Positions 45,275 to 53,042 of a stretch of DNA of 64,000 bases are shown here, one piece after another. Both the position numbers and the translations under genes were made by a program. The notes below the pieces were generated by a model, which was given only the letters and a program-made list of their open reading frames with translations, did no database searches and had not been told where the DNA came from. Source of the DNA: Candidatus Fimimonas gallinarum (lineage in GTDB: Bacteria > Bacillota > Clostridia > Christensenellales > CAG-314); contig DVHL01000029.1 in NCBI GenBank assembly GCA_018712065.1, forward strand, positions 6,222 through 70,221. The letters are read 5' to 3'. The stretch's first letter is position 1; each line of letters starts with the position of its first letter.

Positions 45275-47377
45275 TCAGTTGATTTGAAATGTGTTGGTAA
45301 GTTTAATGCTTATGCCGTAGGTAGCGTCAATATTTATTTCTCTGCCAAATTGGTCGTAGGCTGTAACGTAGACAATAAGACAATCCTTGACGTCGCCCTG
45401 ACGGAAAAGAATTTGACCGTCGGCATAGGTTACAATTTGGTTGTTTTCCGATACGGTGCCGTCGGAATAGGCGTACTGTTCATTGTACACTATTGCCGTT
45501 GTTTGGGGCAAATGGAAGGTGCCTTGCCATGTGGTGTTTTTGTCAACGACAAACTTGCCGTTTGCAGTCGTTGCGTTGCCTTGCAAATCGGAACTGTCCA
45601 GCACCGCCACCACCGTGTTGTAGTTGTCGTCTACCGTTTGCACTTTGATTTCCAGTGAAATGTCTTCTTGACAATTACCCACGCTTATTTGCAAGTCGTA
45701 ATGCGACAAATCACCCACATTTCCCGTTGCAGGTATTATAAATTGATTGTAGTTGCCGTTATTGTTGAATGTTATGTTTGCATTGTCCCCCGTGCTCATT
45801 GCCGACATTTTTGTTATGGCGTAGTCTTGGCTGACACGGTAATATGTGAAGTAGACGCTTTCGCCTGCCAAACTGTCGCTGTACTGACCTGCGTGCGTGT
45901 TTTCCGCAAAGGTTTGGTTTTTCACGGCGTCCAACACACCGTCCAGCACCGCTTCGTAGTTTTTCACGTTACGACAAGCAATCATATCGCTCCAAGTGTA
46001 GGGAAATTCAATTTGATTGAAGGATTTAACCGTGCCTGCCTCGTCAATATACCCCGATTCGTCAATGCCGTAGTATAAGTCAAAGTATGGCTTATATGTT
46101 TTATTATTAGTTAATTCATAGGCATATGCTTTAACTTGTAATGTACTCAAAAAGTACATAAACTCATCGTCAAAAGTTATTGTAGTCTTATTTAAATTAG
46201 CATAAGTATAATTACAATAGATATCGCATTCATAATACAAGGTTAAAAGATTATAATCCAGATTGTGTGGGTCAGTCAAACTTGTAATTGCCGCATAAAA
46301 AAAGTTGTCAAGCAGCGCATACTCAAATGTTTCTCTGTAATCTTTGGATTTTGCCAGCACATTTTGAAGTGTTGAGATTGTTGCCTTGTCCGTTTCGATT
46401 GCATCGGTGCCTATCACGAAGTTTTCCACAAAGTACCGTATTTCTTCGTAAAAGCAGTCCAAATAGTTGGCGAGATAGGGAATTTCACTCAGCAAACTGT
46501 CGTAGTTACTGTCGTAGCAATCGGTTACTTGATTTATGCTTTCGTTGTCTGCAATTATTTTTGCAATGTTGTATTTAAGTCTGTCCACTGCCGTGCCGTC
46601 GGCAAAGTAACTTGCCCAACGCCATGCCACGTCCAACTGACCTTGTTGCAACACAATTTCGTTTTCCTGCTGAACGTAGACGTTGTCGCCGTAGATTGAG
46701 CCTGCAAGCACCGACAACTTTTGTTCGTTGACCTCCAATCCGCTTTGGTTGTCGAGATAGGTGTCGCTGTATTCGCCGTTGAGCAGATAGCAGGCAAGCG
46801 CCTGACAGGAAGGATTTCCGATGTACTCTTCCATGTTGTTGTCTTGTTCGCTTGCAAAGTAAACCGCTTCGTAGGTTTTGCCGTCGCTTTCCAAGGGGAA
46901 GCCTTGTTCGTCCTCGATGTAATTTCCCTGTTCGTCCAAAACAAACACGAAAAACACGTCGCCCAAGAGGTGAACGGCATATTTTGCGCCACGTGCTTCA
47001 CCCACCTGCCACGTTGTGTAGTCGGGCACTTCGCTGTCGAAAGAATATTTGTAGTTGTCGCTTCCGTAGACGTCGTTTAAGCGTTCCACTATTTCCGTGG
47101 CAATGACGCCTATCTGTCTGTCCACAAGTTGGTTGAAGGGTACGTTTTCTCTGTAATAATCTTCAAATACGCCTTCGTCGCCCCGCCTGTTTGCCAGTGC
47201 GTACACGTCGTCTGAAAAGTTGTTGGCTTCAAAAACGGGCGTTACTTCGCCACCTCCGCCACCGCCCGAGCCACCGTCATCGGGTATTGTCGGTTCTTCA
47301 GGCGTGCAACCCGTGCAAACTAAACACAATATCAGTAAAACGCATGCCGTCAATGTCAGTATTCTTTTGCTTTTCAT
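45275..47377 (-). CDS. Large putative lipoprotein of unknown function (about 700 aa)
   Basis: Start at MKSKRILTLTACVLLILCLVCTG|C after GGAGGAG. The signal peptide has a lipobox-like CTGC, followed by a Gly-rich linker (GGSGGGGGG). I recognise no conserved domain. Confidence 0.7.
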   Translation of the reverse strand: MKSKRILTLTACVLLILCLVCTGCTPEEPTIPDDGGSGGGGGGEVTPVFEANNFSDDVYALANRRGDEGVFEDYYRENVPFNQLVDRQIGVIATEIVERLNDVYGSDNYKYSFDSEVPDYTTWQVGEARGAKYAVHLLGDVFFVFVLDEQGNYIEDEQGFPLESDGKTYEAVYFASEQDNNMEEYIGNPSCQALACYLLNGEYSDTYLDNQSGLEVNEQKLSVLAGSIYGDNVYVQQENEIVLQQGQLDVAWRWASYFADGTAVDRLKYNIAKIIADNESINQVTDCYDSNYDSLLSEIPYLANYLDCFYEEIRYFVENFVIGTDAIETDKATISTLQNVLAKSKDYRETFEYALLDNFFYAAITSLTDPHNLDYNLLTLYYECDIYCNYTYANLNKTTITFDDEFMYFLSTLQVKAYAYELTNNKTYKPYFDLYYGIDESGYIDEAGTVKSFNQIEFPYTWSDMIACRNVKNYEAVLDGVLDAVKNQTFAENTHAGQYSDSLAGESVYFTYYRVSQDYAITKMSAMSTGDNANITFNNNGNYNQFIIPATGNVGDLSHYDLQISVGNCQEDISLEIKVQTVDDNYNTVVAVLDSSDLQGNATTANGKFVVDKNTTWQGTFHLPQTTAIVYNEQYAYSDGTVSENNQIVTYADGQILFRQGDVKDCLIVYVTAYDQFGREINIDATYGISIKLTNTFQIN

Positions 47378-47625
47378 TTCTCCTCCATTCAATACACAGT
47401 ACAAATCAACGGTATTTTGCCTAAAACACAAAAACGCACCTGTTTCGCAAAACAAAACAGATAATATAAGCCGGCGCAACTTCCGTGCTGAAAATTTTTT
47501 AACGCAAGCACGGCAATGCCCAAAATGACAGTTTCATTACCGCAAGGGAAAACTTGCCTTTTACACACTGTTTTTTACCGTCAGTTTGTCTATTTCGTCA
47601 AATATTTTTTGCAATATCAATCATG

Positions 47626-48939
47626 TTAACCTCGCATGTTGCGTTTGGAAGACAAATTGATGTAGACAACAATGGGTATTGCCAGTACGGCAATAAGCAA
47701 CTTTTGCCAGATGTTCAGACTTTGAATGAAACTTACCGAAAACAATGTCAGCAGTGTTGGCACCACTTGTTCGTTCAGGCTCTTTTTAAGCAGAAACACC
47801 GTGTCCCTTTCCACCTTGACTGCAGTGTTAAGTTGGAAAATTCCAAGTTTTTGTCTGATGTGAGCCGGTATTCCCACTGCGTAATTGACAGGGGTTGGCA
47901 AATTTGTGTTTTCAAAAGCATGCTCGTCGTCGATAGGCAACACTCTGCATTTGACAGCTTTGTTTTTATAACGCAAAACAACTTTGTCCGTTTCCGTCAA
48001 TCCAAGCAAATGCATGTTGGATGCCGAAAGACGCACCACGTTTGCTCCTTCGTCGCTTTCGTAAGGGCGACGACACAACAGCGACATTGACGCTCTTCCA
48101 ACGTAAAAGTCCGCCAACGCCCTCAGCCCCGTTGACTTTTTTTGACAGTAGGACTGCACAACTGCCGTCATAAGCAGACGTTTGGGACACGCCTTGTGAA
48201 TTATTTCCTGTGCCTTCAATTTGTCGTGGTAGGAAACGTCGCTTTTCAAAATGAAGTGGCTGCTGTCGTCCGTGTACATTTCCGCCAAAGTTTCCTTGTC
48301 TTTTTCGTCTACATTGGCAATGATTTCCTGCCAGTGTTGGGCGGATATTGCCAGCCTGTTTTCCAATTCCAAAAAGGTGCGCTGTTTTTGATTTAGCAAA
48401 ATCGTTCCTTGCTTCAATGCCTTGTCAACTTTGACATGATTGCATTTTAAGACAATGGATTCGTTTGTGTAGTAGTTGAAAAACTGAAAATACAAAAAGC
48501 CGTCGACGTCGACTTCTACCCCGTTGCCGTCCAAAGCGGAAACAACGACGCTGTCTTCCCGTATGTTTTCTATGCGTTGGGTGTCTATGTTGTTGAAAAC
48601 ATAGGACTTGTTTTTAAGCAAAAGCAATTCTTCTTGCAATTTGAGTGCAAGTTTTTCTTTTGTGGCTTTTGTAACGGCAATGTCGTTACCCGACAATTCG
48701 GCGGATTTTTTCAACGTTACGTCAAAGAAACTTTTGTTTTGTGGGTTGAACAAAATGGCTCGACAATTTCGAAAATCGTCAAAAACCTGTTCGGAAACCA
48801 AAATGATATTTCGGGCGGACAGTTTTTTTATCGCAGACAATCTGCATGCCGTTCCATATTGCACCTGATTGGTGTTGCTCTTCTTTCCGCAACACAGTGA
48901 AACGTGTTCGCCGTCAACCGTCAGAGTTACGTTTTTCAT
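47626..48939 (-). CDS. Hypothetical protein with C-terminal membrane anchor (437 aa)
   Basis: A long ORF with coding-like composition and hydrophobic segments in the last about 50 aa. It overlaps the upstream gene by 26 nt. No family is recognised. Confidence 0.6.
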   Translation of the reverse strand: MKNVTLTVDGEHVSLCCGKKSNTNQVQYGTACRLSAIKKLSARNIILVSEQVFDDFRNCRAILFNPQNKSFFDVTLKKSAELSGNDIAVTKATKEKLALKLQEELLLLKNKSYVFNNIDTQRIENIREDSVVVSALDGNGVEVDVDGFLYFQFFNYYTNESIVLKCNHVKVDKALKQGTILLNQKQRTFLELENRLAISAQHWQEIIANVDEKDKETLAEMYTDDSSHFILKSDVSYHDKLKAQEIIHKACPKRLLMTAVVQSYCQKKSTGLRALADFYVGRASMSLLCRRPYESDEGANVVRLSASNMHLLGLTETDKVVLRYKNKAVKCRVLPIDDEHAFENTNLPTPVNYAVGIPAHIRQKLGIFQLNTAVKVERDTVFLLKKSLNEQVVPTLLTLFSVSFIQSLNIWQKLLIAVLAIPIVVYINLSSKRNMRG

Positions 48940-49633
48940 TTGTTCCTCCCAAATAATAGTTAAGTTTCAATGCGCATTGTTTTAGTGCGTCAAAAACTCT
49001 CAACAAACTGCCGTCAGCACCCTCGTCAACCATAAGACGGGAATTTATTTCTATCTGAACAGTTTGAATTTTACAGTTGTTGTGAATGTACGATGCTACG
49101 GTGTAGGGCATTGCACCTTTGAAGGGTGAATCTACCAAAACATCGCCGACGTTTGCAAGGCGGAACTCTTCCAGAAAAATTTTAAGACAATTTTCGTCGG
49201 AAAGGTTTTTCAAATCTGCCGTGCCCAAATTTACCGAAACTTTGCGCCCTGCCGAAAGTTGATGCAAATCAATTACTATCTTTACGCCTTTTTCCGTGAC
49301 ATATTGCGACAATGCCTGTTTGTAAGAAGATTGCATGTCAAAATTGGCGTCATCACCGCAATTTTTAGTTTTGTAAATTGCGGGGCAACAAATTTGCTCG
49401 TGCAACATCTTGCAAATTACCCCCGTGTATCTCTCCGCAACCTTAATTTTTCCCATGCGGGTTTGTTCGACGCTGTGCGGAGCGGAAAACATTACAACAC
49501 CGCTTCCGTCCAGCAGTTCAAAAGATGCGTCGTGTTTTTCACAAAAATATTGATAGTATTGATTGATAGAATAATTCACGCTTACTCCGATAATTTTGCA
49601 AGTATGGTCTGCAGCAGTACGGCAAAACGCCAC
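48914..49633 (-). CDS. N-formylglutamate amidohydrolase-like (FGase superfamily) protein, tentative
   Basis: The patterns FSAPHSVEQTR, VIDLHQ, SPFKGAMPYT and QIEINSRL resemble FGase-family motifs. The call rests on memory of the family, not on a search. Confidence 0.5.
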   Translation of the reverse strand: MAFCRTAADHTCKIIGVSVNYSINQYYQYFCEKHDASFELLDGSGVVMFSAPHSVEQTRMGKIKVAERYTGVICKMLHEQICCPAIYKTKNCGDDANFDMQSSYKQALSQYVTEKGVKIVIDLHQLSAGRKVSVNLGTADLKNLSDENCLKIFLEEFRLANVGDVLVDSPFKGAMPYTVASYIHNNCKIQTVQIEINSRLMVDEGADGSLLRVFDALKQCALKLNYYLGGTNEKRNSDG

Positions 49634-49931
49634 TGTTTTACTTATTGTAACAAATATACAGCCAAATTACCACTAAAAAAACGAAATTGAACAAAAAAAC
49701 AAGTACTTTACAGAGTAAAAACAGTTGCAGAAAGCAAATATTGCCAATATCGCCACCGTAAACTTATTTTTGAATGCCAAATGAAAGAAAATACAAACAA
49801 CTGTTGTAAAAAAGCGTCAAAACCTGCTGACACAAAACGGGAAAATCAAAAGTTGCACTGTTCAGAGTTACACTGCTTGAAAAGCCCGAATAAAACAAAA
49901 ACCCCATTCGCAATTTGCAAACAGGATTTTT

Positions 49932-50016
49932 TGGTGGGGAGAGATGGATTCGAACCATCGAAGTCATGGACGACAGATTTACAGTCTGTTCCCTTTGGCC
50001 GCTCGGGAATCTCCCC
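49932..50016 (-). tRNA. trnY: tRNA-Tyr (GTA), long variable arm, CCA encoded
   Basis: Acceptor GGGGAGA/TCTCCCC, anticodon stem ACAGA/TCTGT with loop CTGTAAA, T-loop GGTTCGAATCC. Confidence 0.9.
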
Positions 50017-50028
50017 GTATATAAAAAA

Positions 50029-50105
50029 TGGAGCTGGTGAACGGAATCGAACCATCAACCTATTGATTACAAATCAATTGCTCTGCCTGATTGAGCTACA
50101 CCAGC
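50029..50105 (-). tRNA. trnT: tRNA-Thr (TGT)
   Basis: Acceptor GCTGGTG/CACCAGC, anticodon stem ATTGA/TCAAT with loop TTTGTAA. Confidence 0.88.
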
Positions 50106-50133
50106 ACACATATATGAAAATTTCCCAATGAGT

Positions 50134-50209
50134 TGGTGCTTCGGGGCGGAATCGAACCACCGACACGGGGATTTTCAGTCCCCTGCTCTACCTACTGAGC
50201 TACCGAAGC
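50134..50209 (-). tRNA. trnF: tRNA-Phe (GAA)
   Basis: GCTTCGGTAGCTCAGTAGGTAGAGC..., anticodon stem GGGGA/TCCCC with loop CTGAAAA. Confidence 0.92.
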
Positions 50210-50216
50210 AAAACAT

Positions 50217-50293
50217 TGGCGACCCGGAAGGGGCTCGAACCCTCGACCTCCAGCGTGACAGGCTGGCGTACTAACCATCTGTACTACCGGGCC
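50217..50293 (-). tRNA. trnD: tRNA-Asp (GTC)
   Basis: GGCCCGGTAGTACAG..., anticodon stem CCAGC/GCTGG with loop CTGTCAC. Confidence 0.92.
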
Positions 50294-50312
50294 AGATATT
50301 TTGTTTTGCATT

Positions 50313-50388
50313 TGGTGGGCCTTCAGGGACTTGAACCCCGGACCGATCGGTTATGAGCCGACTGCTCTAACCACTGAGCTAAAGGCCC
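50313..50388 (-). tRNA. tRNA with CAT anticodon (elongator Met, or more likely lysidine-type Ile2)
   Basis: GGGCCTTTAGCTCAGTGGTTAGAGCAGTCGGCTCATAACCGATCGG... The CTCATAA loop and overall sequence resemble Bacillus tRNA-Ile2(CAU). It is not initiator-like. Confidence 0.85.
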
Positions 50389-50401
50389 ATAAAAGTCTTT
50401 G

Positions 50402-50478
50402 TGGTCGGGGTGGCGAGACTCGAACTCACGACATCTTGCTCCCAAAGCAAGCGCGCTACCAAACTGCGCTACACCCCG
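50402..50478 (-). tRNA. trnP: tRNA-Pro (TGG)
   Basis: CGGGGTGTAGCGCAGTTTGGTAGCGC..., anticodon stem CTTGC/GCAAG with loop TTTGGGA. Confidence 0.92.
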
Positions 50479-50501
50479 CTGCGTTTTACATCAGCCTTTG
50501 T

Positions 50502-50530
50502 ATCTTACAATATTTTGACCTTGTTGTCAA
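50502..50530 (-). promoter_or_regulatory. Sigma-A promoter of the six-tRNA operon
   Basis: Minus strand TTGACA-17 nt-TAAGAT, about 25 nt upstream of tRNA-Pro. Confidence 0.65.
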
Positions 50531-50733
50531 CAAATTTTTTGACAATTTTTCAAAAAAATTGCAAATATTTTTTACCGCCAAAGGCAAAAAACAGACGCAA
50601 CTTCAATACGTTTGCACCGATTGCACTGCACCGTCTTTAAAAATTTTCGCAGTGCGTTGTATGTGCGGCGTTTCGGGTGCAGGGCGTTTCTGTTGCGCAA
50701 ATGGAATGTTTTGAACACGGCTTTTTTGCCTGA

Positions 50734-50740
50734 TTCGACA
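50734..50740 (+). promoter_or_regulatory. Candidate Spo0A box upstream of spoIIAA
   Basis: Exact TTCGACA (reverse complement of TGTCGAA), about 80 nt upstream of the spoIIAA start. Confidence 0.4.
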
Positions 50741-50817
50741 ATTTTGCCAACGTTTGTGCAAAAGTTTACATTTTGACTTGTGCGCCATTTTGTACCATTA
50801 AACGGGAGGCGAAAAAT

Positions 50818-51123
50818 ATGGAAGTTTCTTTTGAATTTGACAACCACCTTCTGATTGTAAAACTTGTGGGTGAACTCGACGAACATTCGGCGGAATTTGT
50901 CAGAAGAAAAATGGATGCTGTTTTGGAAGACAAAAACTACTCCGCCGTGGTATTGGATTTGTCGAGAATGTCTTTTATGGATTCGACGGGAATAGGCGTT
51001 GTAATAGGAAGGTACAAATTGTTGCGAAAACTCAACAAGGTGCTTTACGTAAAGAACCCCTCCCCGACGGTGGACAAAATTTTCAAAATGTCCGGTTTGT
51101 ACGAAATTATTGAAAGAATTTAG
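50818..51123 (+). CDS. spoIIAA: Anti-sigma F factor antagonist SpoIIAA
   Basis: STAS domain with phosphorylatable Ser context DLSRMSFMDSTGIGV. Start at MEVSFEF after a GGGAGG SD sequence. Confidence 0.92.
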   Translation: MEVSFEFDNHLLIVKLVGELDEHSAEFVRRKMDAVLEDKNYSAVVLDLSRMSFMDSTGIGVVIGRYKLLRKLNKVLYVKNPSPTVDKIFKMSGLYEIIERI

Positions 51124-51138
51124 GTTAGAGGTAACACA

Positions 51139-51561
51139 ATGTCAAATTTGAACAGTATGGAACTTAAAATTGAGGCTAAATCGCAAAACGAAAAGTTCGC
51201 CCGCAGTGTTGTCGGGGCATTTTTTGCCCAACTCAACCCTACTTTGGAACAGTTGGAGGACGTGAAAACGGCTGTTTCGGAGGCAGTGACAAACTGCATC
51301 GTTCACGCCTACGGCGGTAAACAGCAGGGGGAAATTCGCATACGCTGCAACCTTACTGCCGACACTCTTTTCGTGGAAGTTGTAGACTTCGGAAAAGGTA
51401 TCGAGGATGTGGAAATGGCAATGACGCCGTTTTTTACCACAGTGGACACGGGCGAACGCTCCGGAATGGGTTTTACCGTAATGCAGGCTTTTTGCGACAA
51501 GGTGGAGGTAACTTCCGCCAATGGGGAAACTTGTGTGAAACTTACCAAAAAAATTGCCTAG
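51139..51561 (+). CDS. spoIIAB: Anti-sigma F factor SpoIIAB (serine kinase)
   Basis: GHKL kinase motifs (EAVTNCIVHAY, DFGKGI, GMGFTVM). Confidence 0.93.
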   Translation: MSNLNSMELKIEAKSQNEKFARSVVGAFFAQLNPTLEQLEDVKTAVSEAVTNCIVHAYGGKQQGEIRIRCNLTADTLFVEVVDFGKGIEDVEMAMTPFFTTVDTGERSGMGFTVMQAFCDKVEVTSANGETCVKLTKKIA

Positions 51562-51570
51562 GGGTGAAAA

Positions 51571-52296
51571 ATGATTGGGCATGAAGAAACGATGAGGCTT
51601 ATTCGTCTTGCGCAGGAGGGCGACGAGGAAGCCTGCACCACACTTATTGTGGAAAACACCCCGTTGGTCAAAAGTATTGTCAAAAGATACCTTGGCAAAC
51701 ATGTCGAGTATGACGATTTGCTTCAGATTGCGCAAATTGGATTGCTGAAAGCCATCAAAAATTTTTCTACGGATTTTGACGTGCGTTTTTCTACCTACGC
51801 CGTACCGATGATTTTGGGCGAATTGAAAAGATACATGCGTGACGACGGTTACCTCAAAGTTTCCCGTTCGGTGAAAAGCCTTTCGGGGAAAATTTTGAAA
51901 TACGTGGAACAACAGACGCAAAGCGGCGCTACCGAACCCACCGTGGAGGAAATTGCGGAAAAATTCGGCATTGATGTTGTGGACGTTGTTTTCACTTTGG
52001 ACGCAACCAGACTGCCCGTCTCGCTGTACGAAACTACAAGCGACAAAGACGGTAAGGAAACGGAATTGATAGATAAACTTCCGACTGATGAAGACAAAAA
52101 AATGGTAAACAACCTGATTCTGAAAGACATGCTGTCCCGCCTTTCGCCGAGAGAACAAAAACTTGTAGTGCTACGCTATTTCAGAGATATGACGCAGGGA
52201 GAAATTGCTCAAAAGATGGGCGTTTCGCAAGTGCAGATTTCCCGCATGGAAAATAAGATATTGGAAAAACTCAAAGCACTTTACGAGGAAAAATAA
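51571..52296 (+). CDS. sigF: Sporulation sigma factor SigF
   Basis: Sigma-70 regions 2-4 and the SigF-type FSTYAVPMILGELKRYMRDDGYLKVSRS. It is the third gene of the spoIIA operon. Confidence 0.93.
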   Translation: MIGHEETMRLIRLAQEGDEEACTTLIVENTPLVKSIVKRYLGKHVEYDDLLQIAQIGLLKAIKNFSTDFDVRFSTYAVPMILGELKRYMRDDGYLKVSRSVKSLSGKILKYVEQQTQSGATEPTVEEIAEKFGIDVVDVVFTLDATRLPVSLYETTSDKDGKETELIDKLPTDEDKKMVNNLILKDMLSRLSPREQKLVVLRYFRDMTQGEIAQKMGVSQVQISRMENKILEKLKALYEEK

Positions 52297-52575
52297 CAGA
52301 CGATAAAAAAGTGAAAAACCAAGGTTTCCGCATGATTCCGCAAAGTTGCTGACACTGAAAAGGGCGAAAAGACATTTGTAAAACTTGCGTCAGCCTCAAA
52401 GTTTTGTCGTTTGTTATTTTTGAAGTTAAGTGCTTTGTTTGAAAAAAAACACTTACACACGAGCAAATGTTTCGTTGAAAACGATATCTTATTCGTATTC
52501 GGCACGTTTTAACGCTGTTACTTCGGAAGATATTGTTTTTGAAGTGTCGTTTAATTATGTTGTGTAGCACCAAAA

Positions 52576-52662
52576 CAAATGTGTGGGCAAAATTCAAATG
52601 CGCAAACAAAATACAGATGTGCAGGTAAAATACAAATGCGTATAGATGTGTAGGCAAAAAAG
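52576..52662 (+). repeat. Degenerate 19-bp tandem repeat, about 4.5 units
   Basis: ACAAATGTGTGGGCAAAAT / TCAAATGCGCAAACAAAAT / ACAGATGTGCAGGTAAAAT / ACAAATGCGTAT / AGATGTGTAGGCAAAAA. Confidence 0.7.
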
Positions 52663-52945
52663 TGTGTTTATACAAAAACGGAAATATGTATAAACAAGAT
52701 AAATTTCAATGCAATAAATAAGTGCTGTACTTTTTCTACAAGTATAATACGCACTGCACTGTTTTCGCAAGTAACAAGCGCAAACAGTTAGTGCTTAATT
52801 CAAACAAACAACTTGAAAAACGGCTTCGGTGTTTTTGATTTTTACGAAAAACCTTTTCCGACAAATGTTTTCAACAGTAATTTCTATGCTTAACGGGCGT
52901 TACTTTGGACTTCAACTTGGTATTAAATAATCTACTTAAACAATT

Positions 52946-52974
52946 AAAAAAGCCACTTTTAGGGTGGCTTTTTA
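52946..52974 (-). terminator. Rho-independent terminator of spoIVA (A/T-run flanked)
   Basis: AGCCAC/GTGGCT hairpin followed by T6 on the minus strand. Confidence 0.75.
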
Positions 52975-52977
52975 ATA

Positions 52978-53023
52978 TTATGTCTGTAATACTATTATAT
53001 AAAATGGCAATTCCTGATATAAT
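52978..53023 (+). repeat. Copy d of the dispersed intergenic repeat family
   Basis: TTATGTCTGTAATACTATTATATAAAATGGCAATTCCTGATATAAT, lying between the spoIVA stop codon and its terminator. Confidence 0.85.
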
Positions 53024-53042
53024 TTCATGTTTTTCAATAATT

